Position numbers and translations under genes: made by a program
Notes under the pieces: model-generated
What the model was told of the DNA's origin: nothing
Seen by the model: the letters and a program-made list of their open reading frames with translations, nothing else
Databases searched by the model: none
From: a virus
Taxonomy: Duplodnaviria; Heunggongvirae; Uroviricota; Caudoviricetes
Virus record (IMG/VR): IMGVR_UViG_3300042009_000020
Coordinates: 37,780 to 101,779 of that record
Length of the DNA stretch: 64,000 nucleotides
Reading direction: 5' to 3' (one strand)
Part shown: piece after piece, positions 47,508 to 55,604 of the stretch
Layout of the letters: the number at the start of each line of letters is the position of its first letter
Numbering within the stretch: the stretch's first letter is position 1

Positions 47508-48103
47508 CAGTACCTAGTTCTGCTGACCTAAAGAAGAGAGCTGAGAAGCTTGCGCAGTTTAATAAACGGGTTGGACCAGATGGTCGTCCAATTGAGAAGC
47601 AGGTTATCTCTGTTGTTCGATCAGCAATCCGCTCAGCATGGATGAAAAGTGATGTCAAGCTGGCGTTTATGTACGGGCGAACAATTCCTGACACGGATGA
47701 CACTACTCGTACTAAGTGGTTGTATAAATGTGAGATTTGCAGTAAGATGTTCAAAGAAACTGAGATTGAAGTAGACCACAAGCACGGACATCACAAATTC
47801 ACTAAGCTCGATGAATTCCCTGACTATTTCAATAACATTCTGATGGTTCGTGCTGAAGACCTTCAGATACTGTGTAAGGACAACAAGAAGACAGGATATA
47901 CTGGTTGCCACTCGATCAAAACCCTGAGTGAATCACACGGATTGTCGTTTGATGAAGCCAAGGCAACCAAGCAAGCCATTGAAATGAATAAAGAAAGCGT
48001 TAAAAATGTGGTTGCTTTCCTCACCGAGCATGGTTATAATGCAGCCAAGACGAAAGAGAAGCGGCGAGAGCAGCTAATCGAGCACTTCAGAAAGGAGATA
48101 TAA
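47504..48103 (+). CDS. HNH endonuclease
   Basis: CEICSK..EVDHKHGHH..CKDN..GCH zinc-binding HNH arrangement. Confidence 0.65.
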   Translation: MTVPSSADLKKRAEKLAQFNKRVGPDGRPIEKQVISVVRSAIRSAWMKSDVKLAFMYGRTIPDTDDTTRTKWLYKCEICSKMFKETEIEVDHKHGHHKFTKLDEFPDYFNNILMVRAEDLQILCKDNKKTGYTGCHSIKTLSESHGLSFDEAKATKQAIEMNKESVKNVVAFLTEHGYNAAKTKEKRREQLIEHFRKEI

Positions 48104-48104
48104 T

Positions 48105-48272
48105 ATGATCAAAGTTAAAGTAATTGCACTTGACCAACCTGATGATCCATTCACCATCGGTAAAGTTTATGATGCTTGGGGTCTTAACGGATTTGGTAGT
48201 GTTGACATCATTGATGACAATGGTAAAGAGTCAGCACTGTTCTCTGGTGAATTTGAGGTGGTGGATGCTTAA
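48105..48272 (+). CDS. hypothetical 55-aa protein
   Basis: AAAGGAGA SD; overlaps next gene start. Confidence 0.35.
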   Translation: MIKVKVIALDQPDDPFTIGKVYDAWGLNGFGSVDIIDDNGKESALFSGEFEVVDA

Positions 48273-48483
48273 CGATATTCGGATTGTTTGCCTTCAACGA
48301 GATGGTATTGAAATCTTCCAAGTGTCTCGTGTGTTGTACAAGGAAGACGGTGATGTTTTCTATGCTGAGAACCCTTACTCAGAATATGAGTCACTTGAGG
48401 AAGCTTATACCTTCCTTGATCAGATGTATAAAGCATCTCTCAAACCTGTACTAGTTGTCCAACCCGATGGGAGCTATGAATGA
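48265..48483 (+). CDS. hypothetical protein
   Basis: ATG 48265 in frame of ORF-track 48124 ORF; 72 aa. Confidence 0.4.
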   Translation: MLNDIRIVCLQRDGIEIFQVSRVLYKEDGDVFYAENPYSEYESLEEAYTFLDQMYKASLKPVLVVQPDGSYE

Positions 48484-48623
48484 TGGCTAAAGTTACCAAC
48501 ATTGTTGTGCAGATTGACGAAGACATCTTGAAGCAACTACTTGATAAGATTAGCACGTTGGAAGCGCGTGTTGCTGAACTTGAGCGTAGTCTTGAACTTG
48601 AGCGCAAGATGGCATTCCTGTGA
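48483..48623 (+). CDS. hypothetical 46-aa coiled-coil peptide
   Basis: TGATG overlap. Confidence 0.25.
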   Translation: MAKVTNIVVQIDEDILKQLLDKISTLEARVAELERSLELERKMAFL

Positions 48624-48722
48624 ACGTCTACACATACCTGTTCATGTCCAATGTTGCACTCGCTGTACAAACAGCACTTGTGTTCCAATACATCATTTAA
48701 GGAGAAACAATGAGCTTTCGCT

Positions 48723-49313
48723 ATGGGTAGATCAAAAGGAAATCTGGTTCAAGGTGTTGGTATTAATGACGCTGACTACACGGTGTGTCCCACTGTCAAC
48801 GGTATTCGTGTTTGGTGTCCATTTTATAAAACTTGGCGTTGTATGTTACAACGTGCATACTGTGAGAAATGGTCAGCTAAATACCTAACATACAGGGACT
48901 GTTCTGTTTATAAAGATTGGCACTATTTCACAAACTTTAAATCTTGGATGGAGAAACAAGATTGGGAAGGTAAAGAACTTGATAAAGACTTATTGGTCAA
49001 GGGAAACAAAACATACAGTCCCAACACTTGTGTATTCTTAACACGCAGAGTGAACCATTTCTTTACTGATAGAAGCGCAACGAACGGATTGTATCCGGCT
49101 GGTGTTTACTTTGAAAAGAAAAGGGGTAAATATAAGGCACAATGCGTAGACTTCGAAGGTAACCGGTTATGTTTGGGTGAGTTCGATGACCCGAATGAAG
49201 CTCATGCTACATATTGGCAATTCAAGTGTAAAATTGCGAAACAGTTATCCGAAACCCAAAATGATGAGAGAATTAGAAACGCAATACTCTCACACTTCAA
49301 AATACAGGAGTAG
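48723..49313 (+). CDS. AP2-domain putative homing endonuclease paralogue 2
   Basis: ELDKDLLVKGNKTYSPNTCVFL..VN core and AP2 domain YFEKKRGKYKAQCVDFEGNRLCLGEFDDPNEAHATY; a short out-of-frame ATG-stop (48711) precedes the start. Confidence 0.6.
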   Translation: MGRSKGNLVQGVGINDADYTVCPTVNGIRVWCPFYKTWRCMLQRAYCEKWSAKYLTYRDCSVYKDWHYFTNFKSWMEKQDWEGKELDKDLLVKGNKTYSPNTCVFLTRRVNHFFTDRSATNGLYPAGVYFEKKRGKYKAQCVDFEGNRLCLGEFDDPNEAHATYWQFKCKIAKQLSETQNDERIRNAILSHFKIQE

Positions 49314-49318
49314 TTATT

Positions 49319-49540
49319 ATGTCTTTCGCTTTATATGGTGAGAGTGATGCGTATGTTCACTTGATTAGTGCTGACACTCAGGAACAAGCAGTTAGTGACT
49401 TTCTTGCAGACCTTCGTGAATTCAATGTTCCACTACATGCAGTTATCAACGTGTATGCTGTTGAAGGTCGTGATGAATGTAAAGACCTTGAAGACCTGAT
49501 TCAAGAACTGATCGAAGAGGCTATACATGACCAACGATAA
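49319..49540 (+). CDS. hypothetical acidic protein
   Basis: 73 aa. Confidence 0.4.
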   Translation: MSFALYGESDAYVHLISADTQEQAVSDFLADLREFNVPLHAVINVYAVEGRDECKDLEDLIQELIEEAIHDQR

Positions 49541-49700
49541 GCGAGAATCATTGCTTGACTGTATTTCAAATCTAAAAATCGCAATGGATTCACTTGATAT
49601 TTGTGATGACCAAGATGATGATTTTATCATTGCCACTCATTGGGGAATCAAAGACGTAATTACTGATATTGAAATCGAACTAGAACAACCGGAGGTTTAA
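49527..49700 (+). CDS. hypothetical 57-aa acidic protein
   Basis: overlaps upstream ORF by 14 nt; ends at the TTG start of the next gene. Confidence 0.3.
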   Translation: MTNDKRESLLDCISNLKIAMDSLDICDDQDDDFIIATHWGIKDVITDIEIELEQPEV

Positions 49701-50633
49701 TTGATTAAGCAAGTTAAAGAGTGGCATCGTGCAGCATTGGAACTTCGTGGTTATGGTTTTGGTAGTCGTAAGATTGCTCAAACAGTTGGTGTTGGTAAGA
49801 GTTCGGTAAACCGATTCTTTGCAAAGTATGACACTAAACCTGTTGTGTTGGAAGGTGAGTATATTCCAAAGGGTCCACGTATCCTGATTTATGATATTGA
49901 GACAGCACCCATTCTTGCTCATGTCTGGAAGTTGTGGGATAATAACGTCGGACTGAACCAGATTGATTCTGACTGGTACATTATGTCTGTAGCAGCTAAG
50001 TGGTTAGGTGAAGATGAAGTGTTCTATTGGGATCAGAAAGATGTATACCCGATGGAAGACGACACCTACTTGCTGTCTAAGCTGTGGTCGTTGTTGAATG
50101 AAGCGGACATTGTAATTGGTCAGAACGTCAAGCGCTTTGATACAAAGAAAGTGAATGCACGCTTTGTCCTCAATGGTTTTCCTAAACCAAGTACATATCG
50201 TCAAATTGACACCATGATTCAAGCGAAAGAGCAATTTGGTTTCACTTCCAATAAACTGGAATACATGACTGATAAGTTGTGTCCAGAACACAAGAAGAGT
50301 AAACACAAAGAGTTCCCCGGTCATGAGTTGTGGTCAGAATGTTTAAAGGGTAATCCACTTGCTTGGCAAGAGATGAAAGCGTATAATATTGACGACATTC
50401 ACGGAACTGAGGCGTTGTACAATGTTCTCTCTTCTTGGGACAGTAAGTTGCCAAACTTTGATGTCTATGTTGACGAAGTGTTGGACATGAATGAGTGGGT
50501 TGAAGATGGGTTTGTTCACAGTAACTTGGCTAAGTACAAACGTTATCGTAACATTCACACCGGTCAACAACGTCGCTCTCGTGTAAACGAATTATCAAAA
50601 GAGAAACGTAGTCAATTATTGGTCAACATCTAA
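49701..50633 (+). CDS. HTH-domain + DnaQ-like (DEDDh) 3'-5' exonuclease, TTG start
   Basis: N-terminal HTH (GSRKIAQTVGVGKSSVNRF); ExoI ILIYDIETAP, ExoII GQNVKRFD, ExoIII YNIDDIHGTEALY; GGAGG SD before TTG. Confidence 0.65.
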   Translation: MIKQVKEWHRAALELRGYGFGSRKIAQTVGVGKSSVNRFFAKYDTKPVVLEGEYIPKGPRILIYDIETAPILAHVWKLWDNNVGLNQIDSDWYIMSVAAKWLGEDEVFYWDQKDVYPMEDDTYLLSKLWSLLNEADIVIGQNVKRFDTKKVNARFVLNGFPKPSTYRQIDTMIQAKEQFGFTSNKLEYMTDKLCPEHKKSKHKEFPGHELWSECLKGNPLAWQEMKAYNIDDIHGTEALYNVLSSWDSKLPNFDVYVDEVLDMNEWVEDGFVHSNLAKYKRYRNIHTGQQRRSRVNELSKEKRSQLLVNI

Positions 50634-50642
50634 GAGGCTGAA

Positions 50643-50855
50643 ATGCAAAGCAAGAAACAAAGTTTGAAAGAGACTTTGACGAACACCTTCACAGGTATGG
50701 CTGGTAGTTTCGCAATTACCATGTTGTGCCTGCAAGTGTTCACCGATCCTTTCGCTATTGCAGCTAGCACAACAGTCTTGTGTACTGTCTGGTCGATAGG
50801 AAGAGGATATACAATTCGTAGATACTTCAACAAACAAAAGGAGAATATGGTATGA
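50643..50855 (+). CDS. small membrane protein
   Basis: 70 aa, hydrophobic. Confidence 0.4.
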   Translation: MQSKKQSLKETLTNTFTGMAGSFAITMLCLQVFTDPFAIAASTTVLCTVWSIGRGYTIRRYFNKQKENMV

Positions 50856-51028
50856 TCTATTTTGAAGTGGTAGAAGATGTCGGTGATGGTTATGCTTGTA
50901 GTCGCAAGTTTCGCACTCGTGAAGAGGCTGAAGATTACGAGGCTTATAATGAAGGTTGTATGAATGGTGTTGATAGAATTGACACTGATGCAAGTGATTT
51001 CTTTCATGTAGAAGAGGATGATGAATGA
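50852..51028 (+). CDS. hypothetical 58-aa acidic protein
   Basis: AAAGGAGAA SD; ATGA overlaps. Confidence 0.35.
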   Translation: MIYFEVVEDVGDGYACSRKFRTREEAEDYEAYNEGCMNGVDRIDTDASDFFHVEEDDE

Positions 51029-51396
51029 TTGAGCGTAATGTAGATGCAATGGTTGTTGCTATTCGTGATTGGGAAATGGATGCTGGTGAATCTTTCACTG
51101 ATTACTTCCTTGACAGTTGGGCGTTCGGTAGTTGGGCGTATTGGCTACTGGGTAAAGGTCACACTGAATGGGCCAACAAAATTATCAACATCAACGAAGA
51201 GAAAGGATATGTTGACCAAGAGGATAAGTTTGAATTCTTCCCCTCTTACGTTGAGTGCGACAAGTATGGTGAACGATGGGTTGAAGAAGAATATATGAAG
51301 AACGTTCGTGTATGGGCTGAGTTCTTGACAGAGAGTGATCAATACTTCCGTCGTGTAAATGAGTTCTTTGCTGGAAATGATGAGGGAGAAGAGTGA
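51025..51396 (+). CDS. hypothetical protein
   Basis: 123 aa, Trp-rich. Confidence 0.45.
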   Translation: MIERNVDAMVVAIRDWEMDAGESFTDYFLDSWAFGSWAYWLLGKGHTEWANKIININEEKGYVDQEDKFEFFPSYVECDKYGERWVEEEYMKNVRVWAEFLTESDQYFRRVNEFFAGNDEGEE

Positions 51397-51617
51397 TGAA
51401 TGCTGAGAATTTCGCTTATTGGATGCAAGGTGCTCTGGAATTAGGTACGCTCAAGGAGTTGAATACGGAGCAAGTTAAGATTGTTCAAGATCATTTGAAC
51501 TTGGTGTTCAAGAAAGTAACACCACAATATCAAATTACACAAAGTCCATTTACAACACTACCTCATTTCCCACCAACAAACATTGGTGACGGTAGCACAC
51601 TGATCGCAAGTTGCTAA
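51393..51617 (+). CDS. hypothetical protein
   Basis: 74 aa. Confidence 0.4.
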   Translation: MMNAENFAYWMQGALELGTLKELNTEQVKIVQDHLNLVFKKVTPQYQITQSPFTTLPHFPPTNIGDGSTLIASC

Positions 51618-51626
51618 GGAGAGAAT

Positions 51627-51848
51627 ATGAAAGAACAAATTGAACTACTGATTCACCATCTTGAAAGCAATCATGACTTCGATGATGAGTTTTACCGGAC
51701 ATATATTGGTGAGTTGAATGACGGTGACATCAGTGACTGGCATAACAACCACTTTGATGACAATATCAGCACTGGTGTTGATCTAGGTCAGACTATGTTG
51801 GCATCAGATATTATCGAACATCTTAAATCAATTATTGGAGAAGAGTAA
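51627..51848 (+). CDS. hypothetical acidic protein
   Basis: 73 aa. Confidence 0.4.
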   Translation: MKEQIELLIHHLESNHDFDDEFYRTYIGELNDGDISDWHNNHFDDNISTGVDLGQTMLASDIIEHLKSIIGEE

Positions 51849-52234
51849 TGGAAAAGTTTCAAGTAGAAGCACTGCAACAACTGCAAGCAGAAGTGTATCA
51901 AGGTAATGTCAAGGCTGGCTGGTGGACCAATCTGGATACCGGTCAGTTGAAAGCAAAAGGTAATATCACCGAAATTCTGGCAAAGCTTGCATTGGTTCAC
52001 TCCGAAGTTAGTGAAGCAACTGAAGGTGTTCGTAAAGGGTTGATGGATGACAAACTACCACACCGCCCAATGGCTGAAGTTGAATGTGCAGATGCTGTCA
52101 TTCGAATCTTGGATCTTTGTGGTCATGAAGGTTGGGATCTTTCGGGTGCAATCGAAGAGAAGTTGGAATTCAACAAGATCCGACCAGACCATAAAATCTG
52201 GAATCGTCTAGCAGACGGTGGCAAAAAGGCTTAA
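51848..52234 (+). CDS. mazG: MazG-like nucleoside triphosphate pyrophosphohydrolase
   Basis: EILAKLALVHSEVSEATEG...EVECADAVIRILDL MazG/NTP-PPase all-alpha motifs. Confidence 0.7.
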   Translation: MEKFQVEALQQLQAEVYQGNVKAGWWTNLDTGQLKAKGNITEILAKLALVHSEVSEATEGVRKGLMDDKLPHRPMAEVECADAVIRILDLCGHEGWDLSGAIEEKLEFNKIRPDHKIWNRLADGGKKA

Positions 52235-52246
52235 AGGAGATAAAAC

Positions 52247-52864
52247 ATGGCAGACTTTAAAGTTGGTGATAAAGTAAAAGTTGTTGGTAGTGTCGAACAC
52301 TGGTTAACAAACTTAGGTCTCGCTGCTGATACAATTCTTACAGTTGTAGATGGCTGTGACGATCAGGATACATATGTAAATAAAGACGACCTTACTGTAG
52401 AAATTGATGCCTTGATATATAACGGTGAAGACTTTACGAAAGTTGAGGATGAGTATTTCTCAGGTGCAAACTTGGTTGATTCGATTGGATCAGTTGAGAA
52501 GGCTGAAGAGCTTGAAGAACTTGGTGTGTATCGTCCTAAGTTGGAAACTCGCAAGATTGGTAAGGTGCAAATGCACATGGTGGATGATGGATTCCCCAAC
52601 GCATTGCGTGCGGTTGCTGAAGTGATGACATGGGCAGCAGTTGCCAAAGGTTATAAGTTACACGATTGGCGTAACTTGCCTGAAGCAGACGTTGCACTTC
52701 CATCTGCTGGATATCGTCATCGTAACGACAACAGCGTACAGAAGGCGCAAGGGTTGAATGCATTGGATCGCACTGACCATGAGAGTAAGTTGCTCCACAA
52801 GGCTCATGAAGCCTTTAATATCCTTGCCGAACTTGAGCTTATCCTTACAGGAGTGATTAAATGA
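52247..52864 (+). CDS. hypothetical protein (C-terminal all-alpha NTP-PPase-like region possible)
   Basis: 205 aa; downstream of mazG. Confidence 0.4.
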   Translation: MADFKVGDKVKVVGSVEHWLTNLGLAADTILTVVDGCDDQDTYVNKDDLTVEIDALIYNGEDFTKVEDEYFSGANLVDSIGSVEKAEELEELGVYRPKLETRKIGKVQMHMVDDGFPNALRAVAEVMTWAAVAKGYKLHDWRNLPEADVALPSAGYRHRNDNSVQKAQGLNALDRTDHESKLLHKAHEAFNILAELELILTGVIK

Positions 52865-53115
52865 TTGTCCAAGGTCATAAGACACAAACAGTTGATGTTG
52901 ATATCGATCCAGTGAGCTTCTTGCATGATTTAGAAGAGACTTGGAAAGCGATAATTCGTGTCCCTGACTCTGACATCAAAGCGGGTTACTGGATTAGCTA
53001 CATGAGTAATGGTGATGGTATTGTAGATGTTCGTGGTCGTCTTGCAACACAACGTGAAATGTTAATCTACAATGCATTTGAAACACTGAGAGAAGTTGCT
53101 AGAGATTTCGAATAA
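52861..53115 (+). CDS. hypothetical protein
   Basis: 84 aa. Confidence 0.4.
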   Translation: MIVQGHKTQTVDVDIDPVSFLHDLEETWKAIIRVPDSDIKAGYWISYMSNGDGIVDVRGRLATQREMLIYNAFETLREVARDFE

Positions 53116-53128
53116 TTTGTTTTAGGTA

Positions 53129-53157
53129 TTGCAATATTTGGACGATCCGCGTATACT
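53129..53157 (+). promoter_or_regulatory. promoter TTGCAA-N17-TATACT
   Basis: upstream of nucleotide-metabolism operon. Confidence 0.5.
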
Positions 53158-53189
53158 GGTCGTCCAGTCATTTGAAAGGAGAGAACAAG

Positions 53190-54152
53190 TTGTCTGATCA
53201 AGTAAGTGCCAAGGTAATTGCACACAGTAAGTCCGCAGTAACTGGTAAGGAGTTGATCACTTTTGAGTGGGAATATCCTCGTATAATTTTAAGTGAAGTC
53301 AACACCCACAAGGCTTTGAACAAGAACGCCTCATCCTCTCGTGCCATTCCTGTATCAACGATCAACGATCAAGTTCGTAACTTCCCATCGATGCCTGTTC
53401 GCTTTGGTAAGAAGAATAGCGGTATGCAAGATGCGGGCGCTCATGATGAACGTGTCTGGTTTAAGGGTGAACCATTTAGCCCTGAAGAGTTTTGGCAACA
53501 TGCTGCTAACATGGTTGCTGATATCTCGGAAGCATACGATGTAGCTGGTTATGCCAAACAAGTTTGTAACCGTTGGACTGAGCCAGCACAACGAATGAAG
53601 CAAGTAGTAACAGGTACGGAGTTTAATAACTTCTTTTGGCTGCGTGATCACCATATGGCTGATCCAACTATTGAAGCATTAGCTAAAGCAGCTAAGAAAG
53701 CTCTAGAAGAGTCTACACCAGTTGTTCTACAACCGGGTGATTGGCACGTCCCTTACTTCATGAATGGTTTCTGGTTGAAGGATTGGAATTCTGTATCTCT
53801 GGAAGATGCTCTTACAATTAGCGCTAGTTGTACAGCACAAGTGTCCTATCGCAAGTTGGATGACACAATGGAGAAAGCTCGTGGTGTTGTAGCACGGTTG
53901 AACCTTCAAGGTGAAGAACCTGATCAACCAGTACATGCAAGTCCATTGGAACATCAAGCAACACCAATTGCTGAAAATTACCAAGGTAGTGAAGATGGTG
54001 AAAGTGTTTCACCAGTAAACGTATTTGGTCGTCCTGATACTTGGCAAGAAGGTATTACACATATGGATCGTGATGGTATGTTATGTTCTGGTAATCTGAA
54101 AGGTTATATCCAACATCGTCAGTTGGTTCCAAATCATGTGAAGTTGGGTTAA
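53190..54152 (+). CDS. ThyX-like (flavin-dependent thymidylate synthase fold) protein with divergent active-site motif, TTG start
   Basis: P-I-I-L-S-E-V-N-THK-x7-S-SR mirrors ThyX P-I-F-V-A-R-x-W-RHR-x7-S..RY spacing but with THK/NKN in place of RHR; AAGGAGAG SD before TTG. Confidence 0.3.
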   Translation: MSDQVSAKVIAHSKSAVTGKELITFEWEYPRIILSEVNTHKALNKNASSSRAIPVSTINDQVRNFPSMPVRFGKKNSGMQDAGAHDERVWFKGEPFSPEEFWQHAANMVADISEAYDVAGYAKQVCNRWTEPAQRMKQVVTGTEFNNFFWLRDHHMADPTIEALAKAAKKALEESTPVVLQPGDWHVPYFMNGFWLKDWNSVSLEDALTISASCTAQVSYRKLDDTMEKARGVVARLNLQGEEPDQPVHASPLEHQATPIAENYQGSEDGESVSPVNVFGRPDTWQEGITHMDRDGMLCSGNLKGYIQHRQLVPNHVKLG

Positions 54153-54162
54153 GGAGTATTTT

Positions 54163-54600
54163 ATGAGTGAATTGCGGCAGGAACGATTTGACCAACCACA
54201 TGAGTATGATCAATATTTGGGTCAGTTGGATATGGAGCTTCACCCACTATGGGAGAAAGCATGGATTGGTCAAGATCAAAAAGCATTTGAACAAATTCTA
54301 TTCGATATGGGTGCAGACTTGGCACACGGTTATGACTTCCGAGTTTGTCTACATCGTGCCCGTACTTCCAACAAGGTTGAATATGGTGTGCGTGTAGGCT
54401 TCCGTGAGCGTACTGACAAGTGGTGGACAGATAACATGATGGCTACTTCGGATATTGTGCGGAACACCCACAACAGCCTGAGAGCAACGGGTATGCGTCA
54501 ATGTCTGAATGAAGACAGCCCGCTAAATGAAGTAATGATGGAGCAGGCAGCCAAGTTCGCTGTCGTCGTAGATATTCACTGTAAGGAATCTGAAGTATGA
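54163..54600 (+). CDS. hypothetical protein
   Basis: 145 aa between ThyX-like gene and nrdB. Confidence 0.45.
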   Translation: MSELRQERFDQPHEYDQYLGQLDMELHPLWEKAWIGQDQKAFEQILFDMGADLAHGYDFRVCLHRARTSNKVEYGVRVGFRERTDKWWTDNMMATSDIVRNTHNSLRATGMRQCLNEDSPLNEVMMEQAAKFAVVVDIHCKESEV

Positions 54601-55604
54601 AGTATTTGAGTCAAATTGAAACACCAACGGATTCGTATGTAGCTCATTACCCTTGGGCTACCGAGATGGCAATCCAACAACAATCATTGTTCTGGCCTGC
54701 TGAAGAGTTGGGCGTAGAGGACGATGAACAAGACTTCCGCACCAACCTGACTGAAGGTGAACTTCACGGTATCCTGACAGCACAGTCGATCCTGACTCAA
54801 TATGAGTTGATGATTGGTGGTGATGAACTATGGGGTGGTAAGATTGCAAGGATGTTCCCACGTCCTGAGATTCAACGGATGTGTGCATGTTTCTCAAACG
54901 TAGAACTCGGAAGTCACGCACCATTCTATGATATTGGCAACAAGGTGCTAGGTAAGGCAACTGATGAGTTCTACACTCAATGGAAGTTAGACCCAATTCT
55001 GGCTGAACGGATAGCATTCATTAGTGAGTGTGCATCCAGTAATGACGCACTTGAAGTATCAGCAGCACTTGCCTTCTTTGAAGGTGCAATTCTGTTTTCC
55101 ATCTTTGGTTACTTCAAAGGTTTCAACAGTCGTGGTTACAACCTGATCCCTCACTTTGTCAGTGGTATTGACGGTAGTACAAAGGATGAGAACTTCCACT
55201 CCATTGCATCAGCCAACTTGTTTAACCAGTGTAAATCGGAACGTAAAGAACTTGGTAATCACAGCACTCGACGTGACAACTTACTGAACACCAAGATTGA
55301 TAAGATGACAATGGATGTTTACAACCATGAACTATTGATCATTGATAAGATGTTTGAGGTTGGTCATAACCGAGTTGTTAAGAAGCAAGAGTGTATTGAA
55401 TTCCTTGAAGATCGTCTGGACATTGTTCGCAATCGTCTTGGTCGTCCTCCGATGTTCAAGCGTGAAAAGCAGGGTGTGATTAGTGGTTGGTTCTACCAGC
55501 AACTGTCTACAGTGAAAGTTCCAGATTTCTTTGCTGCTACACAACTCCAGTACACACGTAATTGGTCGAAACCTAAGTTGGGCTTTAAGAAGGAGTTGGT
55601 TTAA
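54597..55604 (+). CDS. nrdB: ribonucleotide reductase class I small (beta) subunit
   Basis: ferritin-like R2 features (E..H iron ligands, FFEGAILFS helix), directly upstream of and overlapping the alpha subunit. Confidence 0.6.
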   Translation: MKYLSQIETPTDSYVAHYPWATEMAIQQQSLFWPAEELGVEDDEQDFRTNLTEGELHGILTAQSILTQYELMIGGDELWGGKIARMFPRPEIQRMCACFSNVELGSHAPFYDIGNKVLGKATDEFYTQWKLDPILAERIAFISECASSNDALEVSAALAFFEGAILFSIFGYFKGFNSRGYNLIPHFVSGIDGSTKDENFHSIASANLFNQCKSERKELGNHSTRRDNLLNTKIDKMTMDVYNHELLIIDKMFEVGHNRVVKKQECIEFLEDRLDIVRNRLGRPPMFKREKQGVISGWFYQQLSTVKVPDFFAATQLQYTRNWSKPKLGFKKELV

